DNA of 64,000 nucleotides from Candidatus Dormiibacterota bacterium (GTDB lineage Bacteria; Chloroflexota; Dormibacteria; Aeolococcales; Aeolococcaceae). This document shows positions 43,691 to 53,786 of the stretch, one piece after another. The stretch covers positions 384,001 to 448,000 of the forward strand of contig CAVPXI010000007.1 in the NCBI GenBank assembly GCA_963709585.1. The letters run 5' to 3'. The translations under genes were made by a program, and so were the position numbers. Under the pieces are notes generated by a model. The model ran no database searches. It saw nothing but the letters and a program-made list of their open reading frames with translations, and was not told the origin of the DNA. The number at the start of each line of letters is the position of its first letter. The first letter of the stretch is position 1.

Positions 43691-43915
43691 GTGGAGGAGG
43701 CAACGCTCGCGGTCGCGTCTGGGGAGCTCGAGCAGCAGCTGGAGGGACAGCGGAAGGCGTTGACCGGCTACTGCTATCGCATGCTCGGCTCGCCGTTCGA
43801 GGCCGAAGACGCGGTGCAGGAGACCATGCTCCGCGCCTGGCGCGGGTTCGACCACTTCGAAGGCCGCGCCGCGCTGCGTTCCTGGCTGTTCCGGATTGCC
43901 ACCAGCGTCTGGTAG
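43691..43915 (+). pseudogene. Truncated ECF sigma-70 factor (region 2 only)
   Basis: [28 protein letters not shown]...[10 protein letters not shown] then stop; no region 4 before the next gene at 44042. Confidence 0.75.
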
Positions 43916-44041
43916 GACCGCTCTGCGAGCGAGAACTCATCGGAGATCGACCGATGAGTTCCTGGAGCCGGCGTCGTCAGTACAGACAGGGAACGCAATA
44001 TTGATAGCAAGCCACACGCACATCACGAAGGAGCCGACACA

Positions 44042-44599
44042 ATGCCAAGAAAAGTCGTCGCCAGCACATACATCACCCTCGACGGCTACATCGACGAGCC
44101 CGGCAAATGGTCGTTCCCGTTCTGGTCCGATGGGCTCGCGCAGTTCAAGGCACGAGAGCTGTTCGCGAGCGACGCCCAGCTGCTCGGACGTGTGACCTAC
44201 GAGGGCTTCGCCGCCGCCTGGCCCACCATGGAAGGCACCGGCGAGTTCGGCGAGAAGATGAACAGCATGCCGAAGTACGTCGCCTCGCGCACCCTGGAGA
44301 CGGCGTCGTGGAATGCGACGATCATCAAGGGCGACGTCGCCGAAAAGGTTCGCGAGCTCAAGCAGGAGGACGGTGGTGACCTGCTGATCGGCGGCAGCGG
44401 CCAGCTCATCGACTTCCTCACCGGGCACGACCTCATCGACGAATACCGATTGATGGTCTATCCGATCGTGATCGGCGACGGCACGAGGCGCCTGTTCGCT
44501 TCGATACCGCGGCGAACCTTCACGCTCGTCGAGTCGGCGAGCTTTGCGAATGGCGTGCTCGTCAACACCTACCATCCTGTAGACGCGAGCGCGGGATAG
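44042..44599 (+). CDS. Dihydrofolate reductase family protein
   Basis: ITLDGY, LLGRVTYEGF, MPKYVASRTL, GSGQL, IDEYRLMVYP. Confidence 0.9.
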   Translation: MPRKVVASTYITLDGYIDEPGKWSFPFWSDGLAQFKARELFASDAQLLGRVTYEGFAAAWPTMEGTGEFGEKMNSMPKYVASRTLETASWNATIIKGDVAEKVRELKQEDGGDLLIGGSGQLIDFLTGHDLIDEYRLMVYPIVIGDGTRRLFASIPRRTFTLVESASFANGVLVNTYHPVDASAG

Positions 44600-44641
44600 C
44601 CGAGGCGGAGCAGCGCTGTCCAGGCGCTCGACGGCGCGCCC

Positions 44642-45619
44642 CTACGACGCCAGCAGGCGTGCCACGGTTGCGGGATCGAAGTTGCCGCCGCTGAGGACGA
44701 TCACGGTCGGATGCTCGGCGCTCCCGGGCGGCACTCTCCCGGTGCGATAGGCGGCCAGCGTCAGCGCGGCGGTCGGTTCGATGGCGAGCTTCAACCGCGT
44801 CCAGGCCACGCGCAGGGCGTCTTTGAGCTCGTCCTCGGAAACCGTCACGATGTCGCGCACCAGCGCGTCGCCGACGATCACCTCGAAATTCCGGTTTCCG
44901 ATCGACTTGGATTTCACTCCCTCGGCGAGGGTCGCCGGATCCGATGCAAGTGAATGAAGGGTTCCCGCGTGCAGGCTCTTGGCCGCGTCATTCGCGACTT
45001 CGGGCTCGACGCCGATGATCGCCGTCTCAGGCGAGAGGGCGGAGATCGCGAGTGCGATCCCGGAGATTTGACCGCCCCCACCGACCGGGACGACAACCGC
45101 GCCTGGCGCCGCAAGGTCTTCGAGAATTTCGAGACCGACGCTGCCGGCGCCATGAATCACATCCCAGTCGTCGTAGGGATGGATCAGCCGCAGCCCCTGG
45201 GACGCTGCGATCTCCTCGGCGATCTCCTCTCGGTTGTCGTAGGTGACGCCGTCAGACACGAGCGTGGCTCCGAAGGATCGGATCCCGGCGATCTTCGCCG
45301 GGGTGACCCCTTCTGGGACGACGATCGTCGCTTTCAGGCCTGCGGCCTGAGCCGCGCATGCCAGCGCCTGTCCGTGGTTTCCCGAGCTGTGCGTGACCAC
45401 GCCGGCAACATCCGGTTCGCGTTCGAGGAGGCTCAGCACCGCGTTGAAGGCACCGCGAGCTTTGAACGAGCCGGTGAGCTGCAGCAACTCCGGCTTGACC
45501 ATCAACCCCGGCGAGATGTCGGTTCGCAACAGCGGCGTCCTGCGAACGTGGCCCTCGATGCGGGCTGCTGCCCGGCGGATCTCCGCGAGGTGCTCAGCGC
45601 CAGGCGAGTGCTGTGCCAC
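44642..45619 (-). CDS. PLP-dependent threonine/serine dehydratase (serine racemase-like)
   Basis: RTPL, QLTGSFKARG, HSSGNHGQA, PVGGGG, EPTAA, LSGGN. Confidence 0.9.
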   Translation of the reverse strand: MAQHSPGAEHLAEIRRAAARIEGHVRRTPLLRTDISPGLMVKPELLQLTGSFKARGAFNAVLSLLEREPDVAGVVTHSSGNHGQALACAAQAAGLKATIVVPEGVTPAKIAGIRSFGATLVSDGVTYDNREEIAEEIAASQGLRLIHPYDDWDVIHGAGSVGLEILEDLAAPGAVVVPVGGGGQISGIALAISALSPETAIIGVEPEVANDAAKSLHAGTLHSLASDPATLAEGVKSKSIGNRNFEVIVGDALVRDIVTVSEDELKDALRVAWTRLKLAIEPTAALTLAAYRTGRVPPGSAEHPTVIVLSGGNFDPATVARLLAS

Positions 45620-45625
45620 TCCGGG

Positions 45626-47104
45626 TCAGGACGAGACCGCGACGGGAATCTCCAGCGCCAGCTTGTCCATCTCGAGTTGCGCCGGAACGTCGACCGGATA
45701 GGAACCCGTGAAGCACGCGAAGCAGAAGCCGTTGCCGTCGGGCTGTCCCATCGCGCGGCGCAGACCGGCGAGACTGAGATAGCGGAGCGAGTCGGCGCCG
45801 AGCATCGCGCCGATCTCGCGCTCGGTGTGACCGGCGGCGATCAGCTCACGCCGCGACGCGATGTCGATACCCATGAAGCACGGCCACGCGATCGGCGGCG
45901 ACGCGATGCGCATGTGCACCTCGCTCGCGCCGGCGCGGCGCAGCTCGTCGATGATGCGGCGCGACGTGGTCCCGCGTACGATCGAGTCGTCGACGAGCAC
46001 CACGCGCCGGCCTTCGAGCACGTGGCGCATCGGGTTGAACTTCAGACGGATCCCGGCTTCGCGCAACCGCTGGGTTGGCTGGATAAAGGTGCGCGTGATG
46101 TAGCGCGACTTGATCATGCCTTCCGCAAAGGGCAGCCCCGCCTGCTCCGCGTATCCGATAGCCGCCGGGGTGCCGCTGTCGGGCAGGGTGATCACGATGT
46201 CCCCGTCCGCGGGCGCCTCGCGCGCCAGCTCGCGGCCCATCTGGCGCCGCAACTCGTACAGCGACTTGCCCATCATCACGCTGTCGGGCCTGGCGAAATA
46301 GATGAATTCGAACGAGCACATCGCGCGGTGCGCGGCAGTCCGCTGGATCTTGGTGCTGCGCATGCCGGAGGCATCGACGGTCACGATCTCCCCGGGCTCG
46401 ATCTCGCAGAGGAACGTCGCCCCGACGACGTCGAGCGCACACGTCTCGCTCGCCATCACGTATCCGGTGCCGCCGGGCGCGTCGATGTCGCCGAAGCGGC
46501 CGAGACACAGCGGGCGGATGCCGAGCGGGTCGCGCGCGGCGACCAGCGAATCCTTGGTGAGGAACACGAGGCAGTACGCGCCCTCGACACGGGGCAGCGC
46601 TTCCGCGAGCGCCTGCTCCAGCGTGTCCGCCTTGGTCTGCGAGAGCAGTGCGCCGAGCACCTCGGTGTCGCTCGTGGTCTCGAAGCTGAAGCCCTTGGTG
46701 ATCAGCTCGTCGCGCAGCTTGGTGGCGTTGACAAGGTTACCGTTGTGCGCGATCACCACCGGACCGATCGTCGGATGCTCGACGGCTAACGGTTGGGCGT
46801 TGAGCAACCGCGCGCTGCCGGTGGTGCTGTAGCGCGTGTGCCCGATGGCGATGTTGCCCTTGAGGCCGTCGATGATCTCCTGGTCGAACACCTGCGAGAC
46901 GAGGCCCATCTCCTTGCGGATGCGAATCTCGTGACCATCGCTGACCGCGATACCGGCGGACTCCTGTCCGCGATGCTGCAACGAGTACAGGCCGAAGTAC
47001 GTCAGGTTGGCGACGTCCTCGCCCGGGTGGAACACCCCGAAGACGCCGCATTCCTCATGGAGATGATCGTCGTCGAAGGCGTCCATTCCGGCCTGATCAC
47101 TCAC
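45626..47104 (-). CDS. purF: Amidophosphoribosyltransferase
   Basis: EECGVFG, LQHRGQESAG, GHTRYSTTG, HNGNL, FEFIYFARPDS, VDDSIVRGTT, CFACFTG. Confidence 0.97.
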   Translation of the reverse strand: MSDQAGMDAFDDDHLHEECGVFGVFHPGEDVANLTYFGLYSLQHRGQESAGIAVSDGHEIRIRKEMGLVSQVFDQEIIDGLKGNIAIGHTRYSTTGSARLLNAQPLAVEHPTIGPVVIAHNGNLVNATKLRDELITKGFSFETTSDTEVLGALLSQTKADTLEQALAEALPRVEGAYCLVFLTKDSLVAARDPLGIRPLCLGRFGDIDAPGGTGYVMASETCALDVVGATFLCEIEPGEIVTVDASGMRSTKIQRTAAHRAMCSFEFIYFARPDSVMMGKSLYELRRQMGRELAREAPADGDIVITLPDSGTPAAIGYAEQAGLPFAEGMIKSRYITRTFIQPTQRLREAGIRLKFNPMRHVLEGRRVVLVDDSIVRGTTSRRIIDELRRAGASEVHMRIASPPIAWPCFMGIDIASRRELIAAGHTEREIGAMLGADSLRYLSLAGLRRAMGQPDGNGFCFACFTGSYPVDVPAQLEMDKLALEIPVAVSS

Positions 47105-49317
47105 GCTCTATCAACGCTCCTTCATGCACCCTGCGCACGTCGGCGAGTGACGCGTCGATGCACCCGGTCACACCGACCCTCTCGCCTCCGACGGAGCCGA
47201 GACCACGGAAGGGGACCGAATGCCGCCCTGCCAGCTCGTGCAATCGCACAAGTGCCTCCCTGGCGAAGCTGATGACGAATCGAGATTGACTTTCACCGAA
47301 CAGTATACCGGCCGCCCCGGTATTCAACCCTGCATCCTTCCCAAGCTCCTCGATGCCCACCCAGGCGCCTATGTCGCCCAGCAGACACGACTCGGCGATC
47401 GCGATCGCGATCCCACCCTCCGCGCAGTCGTGTGCGGAGTGGAGCAGCCCGGCGGCGATGGCATCGAGGACGAAGCCGTGCACGCGTCGCTCGAGGTCGA
47501 GATCGAGATGGGGCGGGACGCCGGCGTTGACCCCATGGGCGATCCGCTGGTACTCGCTGCCATCGAGCTCGGCTTCGACAGGCCCGACCAGCGCAATGAG
47601 GTCACCATCGTCGCGAAATCCCGCGGTGCATCGCTGCGTGACGTCGTCGATGACCCCCACCATGCCAATGACAACGGTCGGATCGATCCCGGTACCACCC
47701 GTATCGTTGTACAGGCTCACGTTGCCGCTCACCACCGGGATCTCGAGCGCCCTGCAGGCGGCACCGATGCCATCAATTGCGTCGTGGAGGTCCCACCACA
47801 CGTCGGCGTGCTCGGGATTGGCGAAATTGAGACAGTTGGTGATTGCGGCCGGTTTCGCGCCCGTGGCGACGACATTGCGCGCCGCCTCGCACACGGAGAT
47901 CATCGCTCCCAGCCGCGCATCGAGCGCGGTATACCGCGAGTTGCCGTCGGTCGCCAGCGCGAGCCCGAGCGACGTGCCGTCGACGCGCACCAGTGCCGCA
48001 TCACCACCGGGAAGGATCAGCGTCGCGTCGCCGACCTGATGGTCGTACCGCCTGTAGACCGATGCGCGACTCCCGAGGTTCGGGCTGCCAAGGAGTTGGA
48101 GCAGTGCCTCGTCGTGGCTCCACGACGGCATCGGACCGGGTGCTGCGGAAGGTGCAGGGGGGTCCGGGCGCGGACCCGGGGAGCCGCGCGGCGGCGCGCC
48201 GTCGACCAGGAGGTCGAGGGGCAGGTCGCAGACACGATCGCCGCCGTCGCGGACCACGAAACGCTGCTCGGGAAGGATCACCGCGACCACGTCAGAGTGA
48301 AGGTCCCAGCGCTCGAACACCGACTGCAAGGATCGAACGTCATCCGGCCTGGCCACGATCAACATGCGCTCCTGCAACTCGCTGAGCATCACGTCGTACG
48401 GGGTCATGCCGGTCTCACGGCGCGAGGCGCGCGCGACGTCGACCTCGATACCGCACCCGCCGCGATGCGCGAGTTCCGCGGTGCTGCCGCAGAGCCCGGC
48501 CGCGCCAAGATCCTGCATCGCGATCACGCGCGGATCACCGGCGAGCTCCAGGCACGCCTCCATCAGGCACTTCTCGAGAAATGGGTTGCCGACCTGCACG
48601 GCGGGGCGGCGCGCAGCACTGTCCGCGTCGAGCACCACCGAAGCGAAGCTCGCGCCGTGGATGCCGTCGCGGCCGGTGTCGGCGCCGACGAGGAGCACGA
48701 GGTTGCCCGGGCCGCTTGCGGTTGCGCGCGTCAACCTGCCCTGCTCGACGACGCCGACGCACATCGCGTTGACGAGGCAGTTGGTCCGGTACGAACTCAT
48801 CGAAGTACAGTTCACCGCCGACCGTCGGCACGCCGATGCAGTTGCCGTACCCGCCAATTCCGGCCACGACCCCGTCGAACAGATGACGCTGGTGGGGCTC
48901 GTCGAGAGGACCGAATCGCAGGGAATCGAGCAGCGCAACCGGGCGCGCGCCCATCGTGAAGATGTCACGGAGGATGCCGCCAACACCGGTCGCAGCACCC
49001 TGGTACGGCTCGATCGCGCTGGGGTGATTGTGCGACTCGATCTTGAACACGCAGGCAAGACCGTGGCCGATGTCGACGGCGCCGGCGTTCTCGCCCGGCC
49101 CCTGGAGCACGTGCGGCCCTTGCGTGGGAAGCGTGCCGAGCAGCGGCTTGCTTGTCTTGTAGCTGCAGTGCTCGCTCCACAGCGCGCCGACGATGCCGAG
49201 CTCGAGGCGATTCGGTTCGCGCCCGAGCGATGTGACCAGGTGCACGTATTCGGCGCGGGTGAGCGCCACCTCCGCAAGGTCGGCGTCGCTCGCCACCGCG
49301 ACCTGCACGCTGGTCAC
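47097..49317 (-). CDS. purL: FGAM synthase large subunit; apparent +1 frameshift at 48793-48798
   Basis: [33 protein letters not shown]; then [45 protein letters not shown]. Confidence 0.96.
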
Positions 49318-50033
49318 GAAACGGCCGCAACCGGCATCGCACCATCGCGACTGACCATCTTCGCCACGCTGTTGAACAGCAGCATCCCGTCCGAGGATCC
49401 GAGCAGCGCTTCGCACGCCCGCTCCGGGTGCGGCATCATACCGAGCACGTTGCGACGCTCATTGACGATACCCGCAATGTCGTGCATCGACCCGTTCGGC
49501 GATGCGTTCTCCACCGCCGATCCGTCCCGCCGCACATATCGAAACGCCACCCGCTGCTCGCGTTCCAGCGCGTCGAGCGTCTCTTCGTCAGCAACGAAAC
49601 GCCCCTCCCCATGCGACACCGGAATCTGCAGAACATCCCCGCGCGCACACCCCGCGGTGAAGGCGGTATCGATAGTCTCCACGCGCAACCAGGCGGGTGC
49701 GCACCGAAACTCCAGCGAGCTGTTGCGCGTCAGTGCCCCCGGCAGCAGATGTGCCTCGCACAGGATCTGAAACCCATTACAGATCCCCCAGACGAGTCCC
49801 CCAGCACTCGTAAACTCGGCAACGGACTCCATCAACGGCGCAAAACGAGCGACGGCCCCCGCACGCAAGTAGTCGCCATACGCGAACCCACCAGGGAGAA
49901 TCACGCAATCAGCGCCGCGCAAATCCCGATCCTTGTGCCAAAGCATGACCGCTTCATGCCCCGCAAGTTCGACCGCGTGCCGGCAATCGCGATCCGACCA
50001 AGTCCCCGGAAACACCGCGATCCCAAACCGCAT
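49314..50033 (-). CDS. purQ: FGAM synthase glutaminase subunit
   Basis: [42 protein letters not shown]. Confidence 0.97.
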   Translation of the reverse strand: MRFGIAVFPGTWSDRDCRHAVELAGHEAVMLWHKDRDLRGADCVILPGGFAYGDYLRAGAVARFAPLMESVAEFTSAGGLVWGICNGFQILCEAHLLPGALTRNSSLEFRCAPAWLRVETIDTAFTAGCARGDVLQIPVSHGEGRFVADEETLDALEREQRVAFRYVRRDGSAVENASPNGSMHDIAGIVNERRNVLGMMPHPERACEALLGSSDGMLLFNSVAKMVSRDGAMPVAAVS

Positions 50034-50118
50034 CAGCAGTGTCCCACGCACCACGTCGAGAACAGTTCCCGATCGGTGCCGGGCGCCCACGCCTCGAGCG
50101 CCCAACGTCGAAACGAGT

Positions 50119-50348
50119 GGACGGATTCAGCAAGGGCCGATGAGGCGATTCCCGTAAGGGAGCTGGTTAGCGGGTCCCAGGCGCCAAGGTGCCCGTTAGC
50201 CGCGAGTTCCGTCCGAACGGTGGGGAGGGTGTCGGCGGAGGCGGGCCATCTCGCAGCCGGGGCTACCCCCCCGGGCGAGAGTGAGGGGCGGAACGGCGAA
50301 GGCGTTCCGACCCCGTGCCCGCCGTAGTCCACGCCCTCCCCACCGTTC
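50119..50348. other. Multi-stem palindromic intergenic element between purS and purQ
   Basis: 18-bp inverted repeat 50215-50232/50331-50348 enclosing two hairpins; adjacent second domain closed by 50119-50125/50208-50214. Confidence 0.7.
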
Positions 50349-50616
50349 ACGACGCCTGCTCGGTGAGAGCGCGCACGCCCGAGATGCGCGAGTCCTCGAT
50401 CACCGTATTGCGCAGCAGTTGCTCGCACATCTGCTCGACTTGATCGCGAGCCGTGGCCTCATCGCCGGCTTCGACCTCGACCTCGAGGTACTTGCCCACG
50501 CGCACCGCGCGCACCCCGGCGAACCCAAGCCGATGCAGCGAATCGCGCACCACGAGACCCTGGGGATCGTTGACCACGGGCTTCAGAGCCACGATGACCT
50601 CGACCGCAAAGGTCAT
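50347..50616 (-). CDS. purS: FGAM synthase subunit PurS
   Basis: LKPVVNDPQG, VRVGKY, MCEQLLRNTVIE. Confidence 0.95.
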   Translation of the reverse strand: MTFAVEVIVALKPVVNDPQGLVVRDSLHRLGFAGVRAVRVGKYLEVEVEAGDEATARDQVEQMCEQLLRNTVIEDSRISGVRALTEQAS

Positions 50617-51509
50617 TCGGTGGTGATCCCTTCGATCTCGATACCGCAGATGCGCCGGGCGGCCTCGAGGTAGCGCTGGGTCGTGCCGCGCACCACGTCG
50701 TCGGGGAGCGCGGGGCCGGGATCGGTCTTGTCCCACCCCAGGGTCTCCACGTAATCGCGCACGAATTGCTTGTCGAACGAGACCGCGGGCTCGCCCTCGC
50801 GCCACTCGGCAATCTCCCAGAAGCGTGAGGAATCGGGGGTGAAGATCTCATCGATCAACGTGAGCTTCCCGTTGATGAAGCCGAACTCGAACTTGGTGTC
50901 GGCAAGGTAGATGCCCACGCTCTCGCATCGCGCTGCGGCGTAATCGTAGAGGCGCAGTGACGCCGACTCCACCTCGTCGGCGAGTGACGGACCGAGGAGG
51001 CCACGGAGCTCGAGCCGCGAGATGTTGATGTCGTGGCCGTCGTCCTTCTTGATCGCCGGCGTGAATCTCGGCGATGGCAGGCGCGACGAGTTGCGCAGCC
51101 CCTCATGGAGAAGCTCACCCGCGAGGGTTCCCTTGTCGCGGTATTCCTTCCACCCCGACCCGCTGATGAATCCGCGCACCACGCACTCGACGTCGATGCG
51201 TTGTGCGCGCGCGACGTGCATGGAGCGAGGCAGCCAGTCGCCGCGCACCGCCTCCGGGATCGCCTCCTCGAAGTCCGGGAGCAGGTGATTCGGCATGAGG
51301 CCGGCGGTCTGCGCGAACCACCACCGCGACATCTGGGTGAGCACGGCGCCCTTTCCCGGAATCCCGGTCGGCAGGACTACGTCGAAGACGCTCAGCCGGT
51401 CCGTCGCAATCATCAGCAGGGTGCCGTCGGCGAGTTGAAAGGTGTCGCGCACCTTGCCGCGCCGGAAGAGGTTCAGGTCGCCGACATCGGCGGTGCTCAT
51501 CACTTGCAT
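50613..51509 (-). CDS. purC: SAICAR synthetase
   Basis: GKVRD, ATDRLS, ECVVRG, ADTKFEFG, DEIFTPDSSRFW, SFDKQFVRD. Confidence 0.97.
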   Translation of the reverse strand: MQVMSTADVGDLNLFRRGKVRDTFQLADGTLLMIATDRLSVFDVVLPTGIPGKGAVLTQMSRWWFAQTAGLMPNHLLPDFEEAIPEAVRGDWLPRSMHVARAQRIDVECVVRGFISGSGWKEYRDKGTLAGELLHEGLRNSSRLPSPRFTPAIKKDDGHDINISRLELRGLLGPSLADEVESASLRLYDYAAARCESVGIYLADTKFEFGFINGKLTLIDEIFTPDSSRFWEIAEWREGEPAVSFDKQFVRDYVETLGWDKTDPGPALPDDVVRGTTQRYLEAARRICGIEIEGITTE

Positions 51510-52888
51510 CAGCTCATCCTCCCGCCCGCGAGGCCGGCCTTGAGCGCGAACGCGGGTGTAGACGCATCCGCTGCCGAACGTAGCGGTGTCGTCGTCGACA
51601 GACCGAGACGGCGGTACGTCTCATCGATATGGGCGAGGTACGGCTCGATCTCGAAACAGTGCGCGATCGTCGCCTCCGAAAGGGCGCCGGCAATGTCGAC
51701 GTCGACGGTCACGAGGTCACGAAACGAGCCCTCGCCATCCCGCGCCCGAGTGGCAAGCGACTGGACGACTCGATAGGCCCGCTCGCGAGGCCATTCCGCG
51801 TCGACGATGAGTGCGGTGAGCACCTGCTGCGAGAACACGATGCCACCGTGCAACTCGATGTTCGCAGCCATGTTCTCGGGCTTGACGCGAAGCCCTTCGA
51901 CAATTCGCGTGGACAGACGCACGATGTAGGCGCTCAGGGCGCACGCATCGGGAAGGATCACGCGTTCCGCCGACGAGTGTGTGATGTCGCGCTCGTGCCA
52001 GAGCGCGACATCCTCCATCGCCGTCAGCGCGTACCCGCGAAGCACGCGCGCGAGCCCGCAGATCCGCTCGCACAGCACCGGGTTCCGCTTGTGGGGCATC
52101 GCCGACGAGCCTTTCTGCCGCTGCCCGAACGGCTCCTCGACCTCGTCGACCTCGGTGACCTGAAGCAGACGTATGGTCGTCGCGAGCCGCTCCAGGACGG
52201 CGCCGAGGAGCGCGAGCGCGGTGATGAACGATGCGTGGCGGTCGCGCGCGAGCACCTGCGTCGCCACCGGAGCGGTGGCGAGCTTGAGCTCCTGACAGAC
52301 GTGCTCCTCAACCGCGGGAGGGACGCTCGCGTGGGTGCCGATCGCGCCGGTGATCTTACCGACGGCGATCTCGGCCGTTGCGGCCGACAGACGCGTCCGG
52401 GAGCGACGCACCTCGTCGACGAAATTGGCGATCTTGACGCCGAGGGTCAGCGGTTCCGCGTGGACTCCGTGGGTGCGGCCCATCATCACCGTGAGCCGGT
52501 GGCGTTCCGCCTGCTCGACCAGCGCCTCGACCAGTGATTCGAGGTCGGCGTCGATCACGCCTGCGGCATCGCGGAGCTGGGTCGCCAGGGCGGTATCGAC
52601 GACGTCCGATGACGTCAAGCCGAGGTGGAAGTAGCGTCCCGCGTCGCCGAGCGTCTCCTGCACCGCAGCCACGAACGCAGCCATGTCGTGCCCCTGTTCG
52701 GCCTCGAGCTCGGCAATGCGGTCGGCATCGATCGCCGCCCCCCGCAGCGTGGTCAGCGCTTCAACCGGGATCCGGCCGATCTCCGCCCAACCCTCACACG
52801 CGAGCAACTCGACATCCAGCCAGCGTTGCAGTCGCGATGAGTCACTGAAGATCTTTGCGATCTGCTGCGGGGCGTACCGGGGGATCAC
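51509..52888 (-). CDS. purB: Adenylosuccinate lyase
   Basis: MIPRY, HLGLTSSDVVDT, GRTHGVHAEP, GSSAMPHKRNP, LWHERDITHSSAER. Confidence 0.97.
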   Translation of the reverse strand: MIPRYAPQQIAKIFSDSSRLQRWLDVELLACEGWAEIGRIPVEALTTLRGAAIDADRIAELEAEQGHDMAAFVAAVQETLGDAGRYFHLGLTSSDVVDTALATQLRDAAGVIDADLESLVEALVEQAERHRLTVMMGRTHGVHAEPLTLGVKIANFVDEVRRSRTRLSAATAEIAVGKITGAIGTHASVPPAVEEHVCQELKLATAPVATQVLARDRHASFITALALLGAVLERLATTIRLLQVTEVDEVEEPFGQRQKGSSAMPHKRNPVLCERICGLARVLRGYALTAMEDVALWHERDITHSSAERVILPDACALSAYIVRLSTRIVEGLRVKPENMAANIELHGGIVFSQQVLTALIVDAEWPRERAYRVVQSLATRARDGEGSFRDLVTVDVDIAGALSEATIAHCFEIEPYLAHIDETYRRLGLSTTTPLRSAADASTPAFALKAGLAGGRMS

Positions 52889-52907
52889 CTACGGTCATTC
52901 TATCGGG

Positions 52908-53786
52908 GTGACCGATGGCACCTCCCTCCCCCTGGTGATAGCGCACCGCGGCGCCTCGCGAGACGCGCCGGCGAATACGCCCGCCGCGTTCGAGGCGGCG
53001 ATCGCGGTGGGTGCGGACGCCGTGGAGCTCGACGTGCGCCGGACCGCCGACGGGGTGCTCGTGGTCCATCACAACGCGTCCCGCCGCGGCGTTCCCCTGA
53101 CGCTACTGACCTACTCGGCGCTGGTGCGCCTGAGCCGCCACGAGCCACCGCCACTGGACACGGTCCTTGATCTCTGCGCGGGCAGGATCGCGCTCGACAT
53201 CGAGGTCAAGGAGCCCGGCTACGAGGCCGAGGTGATCGAGGCGGCGTCGAGGCGTTTTCCTCCGGAGCGGCTGTTGTACACCTCCTTCGAGGAGTCGGTG
53301 ATCAGCACCATCCGCCGCCTGGAGCCGAACGCGCGCTGCGGCCTGCTGCTCGGGCCCGGCCGGTTGCGCAGCCGCAGCCAGCGATACGAGGGGCTGCCTT
53401 TCGATCTCGCCGAACGGTGTGGCGCGGACCTGCTCGCCGTCCATCAGTGGCTGGCGCCGCTGCGCCGCAGGAGCCGGAGGGTCCCCGGGACCGGCCTTCT
53501 GGCGGAGGCGGAGGCGCGTGGGTTCCCGATGATGGTCTGGACGGTCGACGGGCCCCAGCGCCTCCGCGCCTATCTCGCGGACGGACGCGTCGCGGGGATA
53601 ATCACTGACCTGCCCGGCCTCGCGGTCGAGACCCGCCGTGAGCTGATAGATGGGGCAAAAGGGAAGGGACGAGCACCCGCCGGGGTCCGGCGCCCGGGGA
53701 GCAGGACGATATTCATGCCAGCCCACGTAACCGGACCAACTCGGCCGGCGTTGACTGATCGAGTGCGCCCGGTGATCCCGAGATGA
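52908..53786 (+). CDS. Glycerophosphodiester phosphodiesterase family protein
   Basis: IAHRGAS, VELDVRRTADG, DIEVK, TSF, VWTVD, GIITD. Confidence 0.88.
   Translation: MTDGTSLPLVIAHRGASRDAPANTPAAFEAAIAVGADAVELDVRRTADGVLVVHHNASRRGVPLTLLTYSALVRLSRHEPPPLDTVLDLCAGRIALDIEVKEPGYEAEVIEAASRRFPPERLLYTSFEESVISTIRRLEPNARCGLLLGPGRLRSRSQRYEGLPFDLAERCGADLLAVHQWLAPLRRRSRRVPGTGLLAEAEARGFPMMVWTVDGPQRLRAYLADGRVAGIITDLPGLAVETRRELIDGAKGKGRAPAGVRRPGSRTIFMPAHVTGPTRPALTDRVRPVIPR

Noticed and set aside
50100-50215. Hammerhead ribozyme suggested by GATGAG and CGAAAC
   Set aside because: The core reads CCGATGAG rather than CTGATGA, and I could not assemble the required stems.
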